Source of the DNA: Candidatus Eiseniibacteriota bacterium
GTDB taxonomy: Bacteria; Eisenbacteria; RBG-16-71-46; SZUA-252
Assembly: GCA_963740415.1 (NCBI GenBank)
Contig: CAVUEC010000013.1
Location: forward strand, 534,726 to 598,725
Direction of reading: 5' to 3'
DNA length: 64,000 bases
Shown here one piece after another: positions 14,101 to 21,677 of the stretch. Under the pieces are notes generated by a model. It saw only the letters and a program-made list of their open reading frames with translations, made no database searches and was not told the DNA's origin. How positions within the stretch are numbered: the first letter of the stretch is position 1; each line of letters opens with the position of its first letter. The position numbers and the translations under genes are program-made.

Positions 14101-14933
14101 ACCGCTTCGCGGCCGCGAGCGCCGGCCCGGCCCTGGCCGCGGCCAACACGTACACCTACCCGGTGGACGGCGGCTGCCCGGGTCCGAACAAGTTCGATGC
14201 GCTGGTGAAGGTCGGTTCCGCGGATGCGGCTTCGGCGGTCTTCTATCCGAACTCGCAGATCGCGGGTATCGCGCGTATGTCCGAGCGTGATGCCGTCACG
14301 GACAAGGACCGCAACAAGGCCCTGACCTACGGCTTCTCGATTCAGTTCATCCGCGATCCGGCGTACGGCACGACGAACGCGAACTACACGCGGTCCGGCG
14401 TCGAAAACCGGATGCGCGTCATGTACAAGTTCCTCACGAGCTGCCGCGGCGCTCGTACGTCCGCACCGGCCGATACTGGCAAGTGCTGGCCGTGCCCGAG
14501 CCCCGGAACGACCCTCGCCCTGATGCAGGCTGATTGGAATGGGCAGGCGGCCGGATTCGTGACCGGAACGTGGGGTCCGCTCTATCCGATCCAGGCTGGC
14601 GCGCTTGCAACGGGCGTCGACGTGGGAGAGGGTGGAGAGGGTGCTCCGAGAATCAACAAGATCAACGGCAACTTCCCGAACCCGTTCAACCCGCAGACCG
14701 CGATCCGCTTCTCGAGCGCGCAGGCGGGCAAGGGTGAGGTCCGGATCTTCAACGTGGGTGGACAGCTGGTTCGCACGCTGCACGCCAACGTGACGGTGGG
14801 TCCGAACGAAGTTCGCTGGAACGGCAAGAAGAGCGACGGCAACCCGCTCGCGAGCGGTGTCTACTTCTACAAGATCGTCTTCCCGAACGGGGAGTCGGTC
14901 CACGCACCGAACAACCTGGTGCTCGTGAAGTAA
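11145..14933 (+). CDS. Large secreted protein of unknown function (1262 aa) with a FlgD-Ig-like / T9SS-type C-terminal domain
   Basis: RBS AAGGAGG (11130-11136) lies 8 nt before ATG 11145. Signal peptide is MRKTLFAMLGLVAIAMWALPALA. The C-terminus reads FPNPFNPQTAIRFS...VRIFNVGGQLVRTL...WNGKKSDGNPLASGVYFYKI. I could see no catalytic motif in the remaining ~1150 aa. The track ORF start at 11001 precedes the signal peptide and RBS. Confidence 0.8.
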   Translation: MRKTLFAMLGLVAIAMWALPALAIPTAGGVVPDAPAKVRPEPVALENRAGNIGSMARGERLQGPLMSGTMLKQTAVTTSWFLYPGACVQRALGTWSPKTSAVADSLQPTAGFANSSGYTDNQPDIAGNNNTIAYTRNDGSLAEILWHVVNVGVPAGQRPAIISGSNSLWCGKFDANFLNPSKVGYPNLTFQILYIDTGAHSAAYHLTFSGNLSSEQNYDYNSILGGGGGNSDPLQNRRDLMSDMLPPAGVVTSGPNGDSDNIWTFTGSIIADQVHTQNHTASLDNGITVGSASVDPTTQNFDLTIDADHRAIYWVMTADCLFSGEDGLWPLGKGQIIDDVTTSDNGAMYTDQAAIGGVDPFSGNIIKGTYGSAGFISARVPAGVGELWQLAPGNENVTSDICAPQKAASTDLFFEGGDPNTNLAINKQFNSVVSCTFAIPAGSASVLALWNEYLDLPRFAGYVQYAEFRIYKNGAWGNWDNTSPGGGVLTGANQAWLADGDELSAAVQADSVQIRYDIQCIPPFAADRANCSTTQTNALLYDDFRLQITSGVPAPIFGIFQGAVAQTTFVDGRIGSTVSGPPANCGAKVNQCWPGNRGSGLGNASDHNISVNDNWNAATGDSITLSIVTGLRKNGMGVNWRHAIDKNITAGEDYQARTNAAWNPAFDMPRMIYRLFDPATKTWSAFDSCEVYANATLSGADTVIIDSEYAINWPPDDKVRAGASLPGGFTLNGVGAYASLSFLPAGTRMQYYFKGVDINGGTSYQFSSDALAREVEDLPTLPGSSNKAPDIIEWRVLPSVYAAGPAGSLLAGKTDADVLNLDQVYTGWAFGYDPVVQALRGLGVRSDRYRDLGSVTTANHFGGHELPGQRPDRLSNFIPNYTEYPIADSLASWYKIFISSSHTRTISEFNEQDATLAEQWWAKDTGSNQGDRCIFMSGDDGMNTLLNTTGVVTTLQQSLATNVFGVASVTNAWAGSTTTPYPTIDDRFAAASAGPALAAANTYTYPVDGGCPGPNKFDALVKVGSADAASAVFYPNSQIAGIARMSERDAVTDKDRNKALTYGFSIQFIRDPAYGTTNANYTRSGVENRMRVMYKFLTSCRGARTSAPADTGKCWPCPSPGTTLALMQADWNGQAAGFVTGTWGPLYPIQAGALATGVDVGEGGEGAPRINKINGNFPNPFNPQTAIRFSSAQAGKGEVRIFNVGGQLVRTLHANVTVGPNEVRWNGKKSDGNPLASGVYFYKIVFPNGESVHAPNNLVLVK

Positions 14934-14966
14934 GACTCGCTTCAAGCAGTTGTCGAGAAGTTCGGA

Positions 14967-15004
14967 AGGGCCGCCGGGGAAACCCGGCGGCCCTCTCCGT
15001 TTTC
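14967..15004 (+). terminator. Rho-independent terminator
   Basis: 12-bp GC stem (14967-14978 with 14983-14994) and a GAAA tetraloop, followed by ctccgttttc. Confidence 0.7.
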
Positions 15005-15150
15005 GGCGGGTCCGCCAAGGCACATTGTGTCCCCAGAGCGAGTTTCGGTCCGCCGGCCCCGCCAAGGTTGATGACCACCGCGGCCGAATGAGGCGGGCCG
15101 ATGTCTGAGCGAAGGGACACAATGTGCCTTGGCGGACCCGCCGAAAACGG
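14997..15150. repeat. Perfect 37-bp inverted repeat separated by 80 nt
   Basis: 14997-15033 (ccgttttcggcgggtccgccaaggcacattgtgtccc) is the exact reverse complement of 15114-15150. I checked this base by base. Confidence 0.9.
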
Positions 15151-15192
15151 AGCGGAGCGAAGGCCCCCTTGGCGGACCCCCCGAAAATGGCG

Positions 15193-15221
15193 TTGACAGG
15201 GGGGGGCCCGGCTGTTAGTTT
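15193..15221 (+). promoter_or_regulatory. Candidate promoter for the lipoprotein genes
   Basis: TTGACA (15193-15198), 17-nt spacer, TAGTTT (15216-15221). It directly abuts the last copy of the 24-nt motif. Confidence 0.35.
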
Positions 15222-15287
15222 CTGCTTGTCCCCAAACACGCACCCAAATGCCTGCCGGCGCCTAACCCTATATCCATGAGGAGTTTC

Positions 15288-16868
15288 ATGTCATCGCCAG
15301 GAATCTGGCGGTCTCTGGCTGTTATGGGGTTGCTCTCCGTTCTGGGGGCGATCTTATTGTCCTGCGCCAAGGACCCATTGCGCGTGGACCGAAATCGGCC
15401 GCCCGAGACCTTCCTTGTAGGCGCGCCGGTCGATACGACCGTGGACTCGAATCTTGGGTATTCCTACCGGATCCACCTCTACTGGCGCGGGGAAGACTCC
15501 GACGGCTACGTCGTCGGTTTCCTCTGGGCCTGGGACGATTCCAGTTTCGGAGCGTTCCGGTTCACGACGAAGACGGACAGCATTTTCGAGCTGACCGTCA
15601 ACGACTCGACCCAGCTTGCAGGCGGCATCGGGACCAACCCCGGCAACGCGAAGCCGCACACCTTCTACGTCCGCGCCGTCGACAATCTTGGGAAGCAGGA
15701 TCCCTCGCTCACCATTTTCAACAAGCGGAGCTTCAGCGCCGGCACCGAGTCGCCGTCCGTGACGTACTCGCCTCCGCTTGTCCCGCGCACCGACGGGAAC
15801 ATCGATACCATTTGCGACCACACGCCATTCGTGATCCGCTGGTTCGGCCGCGACCCGGACGGCGTGGTGACCCGGTACCGGTTCAACGTCGGGACGTTCC
15901 AGAGCAGTCTGTCTCCGGATTCGTTCGCGTATTTCAACGATCCATCACAGCCGACGTCCACCACGCTCGTCAGCGGCCTCTACACGATGACCGTGACCGC
16001 CGTCGACAACGCGAACGCGATCGGAAGGACCCAGTACCAGTTCGTGGTGAATCAGGATCCCGAAACCTGGTTCCTCCCCAAGAACGGCACCCCGGTCGGG
16101 CACTACCTCCAGCCCTACTATCACGGGCAGCTCATCAACATCGTGGGGACGTTCGCGCCCGGTGACACGGTGCCCTACCGGTCCACGGTCTGGTGGGAGT
16201 GGGACGGCGAGGATGACCACGGCGGATGCGAGCCGGATCCGGGCGGCAACCCGAGCGGATGCATGACCGGCTGGTCCTTCCTGCTGCGACCCGGGACGAG
16301 GAACAACAACGAGCCCTACAACATCGGGTTCCTGGACGTCCTGACGACCACGCCGTCGCTCATCCGGTTCAACAACAACAATCCCGATATTCTCGGTCCC
16401 GCGGGATTCGTGTCCCTGATCCTCGATTCGCTGGACGCCGGGACGGACATGATCGCGCAGGTGGCATCCCGCGACTGCTCGGCGCGAGCCGACGGGACGC
16501 CCGCGTCGTTCGTCTTCAATTGCAACTTCCCGCCCATCCTCAAGAGTGTGGCGGTCAGCGATACCGTGGCCGACGTGGATGCCACCGACCCGTTTGGCCC
16601 CGAGGCCTGCAAGCTGGTCACCTGGGTTTCAGAGGACTTCGAGGACGGCTTGGCCACGCAGGCCGAGGTGAGGGTGGACGACACACTCACGCTCTCCATC
16701 GGGGGCCAGCAGCAGTTCGCCATCGTGCCCGAGCGCGTGTTCCGGGCTCTTTCCCCAGGCCCGCTCCATTCCGTGAAGGTTCGCGTGATCGACCGGGCCG
16801 GCATCTTCTCGCCGCTTCCGGATGGACAAATCGAGGTAACCTTTAACTTGCCGTCCCCAAGACCTTGA
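15288..16868 (+). CDS. Lipoprotein of unknown function with repeated Ig-like modules (family member 1)
   Basis: AGGAG lies 4 nt before ATG 15288; an alternative ATG is at 15276. Signal with lipobox is LSVLGAILLSC. The recurring module has the pattern F/Y-x-W-x-G-x-D-x-DG-x-V (YRIHLYWRGEDSDGYVVGF, FVIRWFGRDPDGVVTRYRF). Confidence 0.7.
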   Translation: MSSPGIWRSLAVMGLLSVLGAILLSCAKDPLRVDRNRPPETFLVGAPVDTTVDSNLGYSYRIHLYWRGEDSDGYVVGFLWAWDDSSFGAFRFTTKTDSIFELTVNDSTQLAGGIGTNPGNAKPHTFYVRAVDNLGKQDPSLTIFNKRSFSAGTESPSVTYSPPLVPRTDGNIDTICDHTPFVIRWFGRDPDGVVTRYRFNVGTFQSSLSPDSFAYFNDPSQPTSTTLVSGLYTMTVTAVDNANAIGRTQYQFVVNQDPETWFLPKNGTPVGHYLQPYYHGQLINIVGTFAPGDTVPYRSTVWWEWDGEDDHGGCEPDPGGNPSGCMTGWSFLLRPGTRNNNEPYNIGFLDVLTTTPSLIRFNNNNPDILGPAGFVSLILDSLDAGTDMIAQVASRDCSARADGTPASFVFNCNFPPILKSVAVSDTVADVDATDPFGPEACKLVTWVSEDFEDGLATQAEVRVDDTLTLSIGGQQQFAIVPERVFRALSPGPLHSVKVRVIDRAGIFSPLPDGQIEVTFNLPSPRP

Positions 16869-16894
16869 CCTTGCCGAGGAAGAAGGAGTCACCG

Positions 16895-19165
16895 GTGCCG
16901 ATGCGTCGAGTCTTCCCAGTGGTCCTTTCCGTTCTGCTGGCGCTGGGGGGCGCCTACCTGGTTGGGTGCTCCAACTCGGTTTCGCCTCCGCCTCCGCCTG
17001 GCGCCCAGGACCCCGAGACCGAGCTGACCTTCGCCCCGATCCAGTTCGATACGACCACGTTCCGGGTGCACTTCTACTGGAACGGGTGGGACAAGGACGG
17101 CGAGGTGGTGCGGTTCTACTTCGCCACCGACGCCGACACGTTGCTTCCGATCACCCAGTGGCACACGACCGCGGCCAAAGACACGACGTTCTCGTTCCTG
17201 GTGGATCCGGTGCAGCAGGTGCGGCGGCATGTCTTCATGATCTCATCGCTGGACAACAGCGGACGCTACGACCGCACGCCGGCCTTACGTGTCTTCTCGG
17301 CCAAGACCGATCCGCCCACCTCGAGGATCGAGCGCGGGCCCGCCGCGTTCAATCCGGTGGTCGGCCCCAATTTCACGTACGAGTGGTCGGGCATCGATCC
17401 GGACGGCAGTGAGACAGGGAGCAGGGCGCCGGTCGACTCGTTTGAGTACCAGCTGCTGCTCATCGGCTCGGTGGGAGAGACGGGCGACGACGCGCTTCAG
17501 GCCTACGACCAGACGTACTACACGACGCTGATCAATCAGTCGACCGGGCCATCGCTCCCTCCGGACTTTGCGTTTCCGGTCGGAACGCCCCCGAGAGATT
17601 ACTCGGGCTGGAAGTGGATCGGAATTCACGAGCTGAAACACCGGTTCCGGAACGCGACCCCGGGCGAGTACTTCTTCGCCGAGCGCGCGGTGGACATCGC
17701 CGGCGCCACGGAGAAGAACTTGGAGTTCGGCAGGAACATGCGCCACTTCACGGTCAGCACGAGAAATCCGGGTCCTTTGCTAACCGTCAATAGCAGCGTG
17801 CTCACTCTGGCCCTGCCGTCCACCTCCGGTCCCGACGACGCCCCCCGCAAGTCCCTTCAAGTCTTCGAGGGTGAGACGATCAGCTTCTCCTGGAGCGCGA
17901 CTGCGGACGCCTATGGCGGCGAAGTGGTCGGCTACACGCACGCCCTGGACGACACCAGCCATTTCCCGGGCCTGCAACTGCTGGATACGGGCGTGACGTA
18001 CACCTCCAAGGACCTCGCGCCAGGGAACCACTTCCTCTACGTGCGAGCGATCGACGACGGCGGGCTTGTGACCAACGCGGTCATTCCGCTCCTCATCGTC
18101 CACCCAGCCTTCAAGGATCCGGGTGCGCCGCGTGAAGTGCTTTATGTCGACGATTCCCAGGCGCCCGGCGCCATTCAGAACCGGGTTGGGAACTTCCCAT
18201 CCGACGCCGAGGAAACGGATTGGTGGACTCTCACCCTTCTTCCCCACATTGGCGTGCCGATCACGGAATGGGATACGTATCTGGTCGGTTCATCGGACGT
18301 GGAAGGGCGAAAGCCGCCCGAGCCGAGGGACCTCGCGCGCTACACAACCATCATCTGGAACGTCGACCTGAACAACGGCGTTGCGTCGCCCACGGGCCTG
18401 TACAAGACGCTGGTGGGAGGGGCTTACAGCGAGCTGGCGGGGTACCTGCGCGCCGGCGGCACGCTCATCCTGACGGGAATGTCGATCGGCAGCAATACCT
18501 GCGAGCCCCGTTCGACGCTGTACGGGAACGTCTCGCGCGGGATCTGCTTTGGCCTCGAGGTTGGGAGCAACGCGTACAAGCTGTCCTACTTCCCGCGGAT
18601 TTACATGGGGATTGACGGTGCGCTGCCGAACGATCAAGGACTGCGCACCCTCGGCGCGCGGGACTTCATTTCGGCCTATCCCACGGCGGCCGGGATCGCC
18701 GCCGGCTACGATTCGCTCCGAGTGGACCGGGGCTCGCTTGGAAGCGGCGCGAAGTGGATTACCTATCCCGGATCGGGCGACCCCAACACCAACAGCTCGC
18801 CGGGTCTCCCGGCCGTCGATGGGTGGAACATGGCGGCGAACTTCGGATGCCAGGTGAACTCGGGCGCGGTCTTCCAGCCGGAAGTTCCCGGCGCGGCGAT
18901 CGCGCTCCCGATCTACCGCTACCACGGCGCCAACGTCGGCGTGACCGAGAGCGGGGGAGCCTCGCCCCGAGAGGGAATGGTCGTCGGGATTCAGATGCAG
19001 TCCCACAGCATCGGCACGTCCGGCGCCACCCTATACGACCCGAAGGCCTCGCTGGGGCGGATGGTGCACCTGGCCTTCCCGCTCTACTTCTTGAAGGACG
19101 CGGATGCGATCCAGGTCATCACGAACGCGTTCAACTACGTAAACGCCTCGCCGACGCTGCCGTAA
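16895..19165 (+). CDS. Lipoprotein of unknown function (family member 2). N-terminal Ig-like modules plus a C-terminal ~330-aa conserved domain.
   Basis: AAGGAG lies 6 nt before GTG 16895; an ATG alternative is at 16901, and the track gives 16865. Lipobox is GGAYLVGC. Modules include FRVHFYWNGWDKDGEVVRFYF, FTYEWSGIDPDGSE and FSWSATADAYGGEVVGYTHALDD...GNHFLYVRAIDDGG. The C-terminal block reads REVLYVDDSQ...ARYTTIIWNVD...LAGYLRAGGTLILTG. Confidence 0.75.
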   Translation: MPMRRVFPVVLSVLLALGGAYLVGCSNSVSPPPPPGAQDPETELTFAPIQFDTTTFRVHFYWNGWDKDGEVVRFYFATDADTLLPITQWHTTAAKDTTFSFLVDPVQQVRRHVFMISSLDNSGRYDRTPALRVFSAKTDPPTSRIERGPAAFNPVVGPNFTYEWSGIDPDGSETGSRAPVDSFEYQLLLIGSVGETGDDALQAYDQTYYTTLINQSTGPSLPPDFAFPVGTPPRDYSGWKWIGIHELKHRFRNATPGEYFFAERAVDIAGATEKNLEFGRNMRHFTVSTRNPGPLLTVNSSVLTLALPSTSGPDDAPRKSLQVFEGETISFSWSATADAYGGEVVGYTHALDDTSHFPGLQLLDTGVTYTSKDLAPGNHFLYVRAIDDGGLVTNAVIPLLIVHPAFKDPGAPREVLYVDDSQAPGAIQNRVGNFPSDAEETDWWTLTLLPHIGVPITEWDTYLVGSSDVEGRKPPEPRDLARYTTIIWNVDLNNGVASPTGLYKTLVGGAYSELAGYLRAGGTLILTGMSIGSNTCEPRSTLYGNVSRGICFGLEVGSNAYKLSYFPRIYMGIDGALPNDQGLRTLGARDFISAYPTAAGIAAGYDSLRVDRGSLGSGAKWITYPGSGDPNTNSSPGLPAVDGWNMAANFGCQVNSGAVFQPEVPGAAIALPIYRYHGANVGVTESGGASPREGMVVGIQMQSHSIGTSGATLYDPKASLGRMVHLAFPLYFLKDADAIQVITNAFNYVNASPTLP

Positions 19166-19197
19166 CCCGGCGCGCGGCGTTAGAATCTCTGTGAGCG

Positions 19198-19233
19198 GGG
19201 CTCCCGGTTAAGCGCCGGGAGCCCTGTGCTTTC
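19198..19233 (+). terminator. Rho-independent terminator
   Basis: 10-bp stem GGGCTCCCGG (19198-19207) with CCGGGAGCCC (19215-19224) and a 7-nt loop, followed by tgtgctttcc. Confidence 0.6.
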
Positions 19234-19247
19234 CCCCCCTCCTACCG

Positions 19248-21534
19248 TTGGCCGGCAAATGGGTGGATGATCGATTGACCCGCAGGGCCCGGTGGATTCT
19301 TCCCTTGGCGCTTGCCGCGGCGTGGGCCACGGGCTGTGCCGATTCGGTCAAGCCGCCGCACGGCGAGGCCCTCGACCCGGAAACCGAGCTGACCTACGCG
19401 CCGGTCCAGAACGACTCCACGTACTTTCGGGTGCATCTCTACTGGAGCGGGACGGACCAGGACGGCGAGGTAACCGGATTTCGATTCGCGACCGACGCGG
19501 ACACCACGCTCCCCGTAACCCAGTGGCGGGGGACGGCCGCCCATGACACCACCCTCACGTTCGCCGTGGATCCGGTTCTGGCCTCGGCGGTCCACGCGTT
19601 CATGATCTCCGCGGTCGACAACACGGGGCGTTTTGACAAGTCCCCGGCCAAGCGCGTGTTCTCGACCAAGACGATCCCGCCGACGTCCCAGATCGTGAGG
19701 GGACCGGCCACCTTCAACCCGATCGTGCCCACCACCTTCACCTTCGAATGGGCCGGAACGGATCCCGACGGCAGCGCAACCGGCGGCACGGCCGCCGTCG
19801 ACTCCTTCGAGTACCTCCTGCTCGGTGTCGCCACCTCGCTCGAGGCGGGACATCCCGCCCTGCCTCCGTTCGACGACGCGGCCTACGTGGGCCTCATCAA
19901 CCGCGCCAGCGCGCGCACGTTGCCGCCGCCATACGACGACTGGACCTGGGTGGGCGTGCGCGGACTCAAGAAGCGGTTCGAGCGCGATCCCCGCGGGTGA
20001 GTACGTCTTCGCGGAACGCGCCGTCGATGTCGCGGGAGCGGCGGAGCGGTCACTCCAGTTTGGGCGGAACATCCGCCACTTCACGGTGGTCGACAACTCG
20101 CCTCCGCCGCGCGCTCCTTCGCCCATGCTCACGGTCACGGCGGACGTGCTGCTTAGGCCGCTTCCCTCGTCGCCCGGTCCCGTGGATCCGCTGCGGCCCG
20201 CGCTCCAGCTCATGGAAGGGGAGACCGTCACGTTCTCCTGGTCGGCCACGGCGGACAGCTACGGCGGACACGTGACGGGATACACCTACGCGCTCGACGA
20301 CACCTCGACGCTGCCCGCGTTGAGCCTGGCCAACGTCAGCGCCGCGTTCACACCGGCGCGGCTCACGGCGGGCTCCCACACGCTCTACGTCCGCGCGGTC
20401 GACGACGAGGGCCTGGTCACCAACGCCGTCGTTCCGCTCTATATCGTTCACGCGGCATTCAAGGATCCGGGCGCGCCGCGCGAGGTGCTCTACGTGGACG
20501 ATTCACAGGCTCCGGGGGCGGTTCCGATGAGGGTTGGCAATTTTCCATCGGATGCCGAGGAGACGGATTGGTGGACCTTGACGTTGTTGCCGCGACTCGG
20601 CGTGCCCTACACCGAATGGGACACATTTCTGGTGGGCCAGAGCGACGTGGTGGGACGAAAGCCGCCCGATCTTCGCGAGCTGGCGCGCTACTCCACCGTG
20701 ATCTGGAACGTGGACCTGAACAACGGCGTGGCGTCCCCGACGGCCCTCTACAACACGCTGGTCGGAGGGAACTACTCCGCGCTGGCGGGCTACCTGCGCG
20801 CGGGCGGCACGCTGATCCTCAGCGGGATGTCGATCGGGACCAATACCTGCGAGCCGCGCTCCACCCTGTACTCGAACCTATCCCAGGGAATCTGTGCCGG
20901 CCTCGACGTGGGGAGCAACGCGTACACGCTCGCCTACTTTTCAAGGAACTACATGGGCATCGACGGGGCGCGGCCCAGCGACCAGGGACTTCGGACGATG
21001 GGCGCCCGGGACTTCATCGCGGCCTATGCGACACCCGCGGGAGCGGCGGCGGGGTTCGAGAACGCGCAGGTCGACCGCGGCGATCCGGGCAGCGGGGCCA
21101 AATGGAGCACGTCGACCGTGCCGCCGGGTAGTCCCAACACAAACTTGTCGCCCGGGCTCCCGGCGGTGGACGGCTGGAACATGGCCGTGGACTTCGGGTG
21201 TGAGCCCGATCCAGGGTCGTTCGCGCCCGAGGACCCGATGAGGCCGGTCGCCGAGCCGGTCCTCACCTACCACGGAGCCCGCGTAGGGATCAACGAGGAG
21301 GGCGGGCTGTCGCCGCGCGAGGGCATGGTCGCGGGCGTCCGGGTGCAGGCACACCGCCCAACCCCAATCGCGCCCACCGGGACCTACGGTGGGTCGACCG
21401 CTTTCGACCCCAACAGCTCGGTGGGCCGGATCGTCGTCCTCTCGTTCCCGCTCTACTTCCTGAGAGACGACGACGCGATCCGGGTCCTCACCGCCGCCTA
21501 CGGCTACGTGAGCGCCTCACCGACGCTGCCCTGA
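19248..21534 (+). CDS. Lipoprotein, close tandem paralog of 16895..19165 (family member 3). Frame broken at about 19989-19992.
   Basis: Lipobox AAAWATGC. Track ORFs 19248..20000 and 19825..21534 align end to end with the upstream paralog. LKKRFERDP in frame 3 continues as AGEYVFAERAVDVAG in frame 1. Removing one C from the CCCC run at 19989-19992 restores RFERDPAGEY, the same length as RFRNATPGEY in the paralog. The start is uncertain; TTG 19275 gives MTRRARWILPLALAAAWATGC. Confidence 0.75.
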
Positions 21535-21624
21535 CGACGAGCTGCCGTCGGGGCCATGCGGCGCCCCTCCCGCCGCTTCGGGGAAGCCCCGCACCCAACC
21601 CGACGTGCGTTGACCCCAAACGAA

Positions 21625-21654
21625 GAGGCCGCAGGGCTTGCGCCCTGCGGCCTC
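21625..21654 (-). terminator. Hairpin terminator between convergent genes
   Basis: 13-bp perfect stem (21625-21637 with 21642-21654) and a 4-nt loop. On the minus strand it is followed by ttcgtttgggg. Confidence 0.55.
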
Positions 21655-21677
21655 GGTAGTTCGAGCTGCTCAGCTGG

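Noticed and set aside
14997-15150. The 37-bp inverted repeat interpreted as a MITE or other mobile element
   Set aside because: No target-site duplication flanks the arms, there is no transposase nearby, and the left arm overlaps the terminator U-tract. I annotated it as a repeat and did not call it a mobile element.
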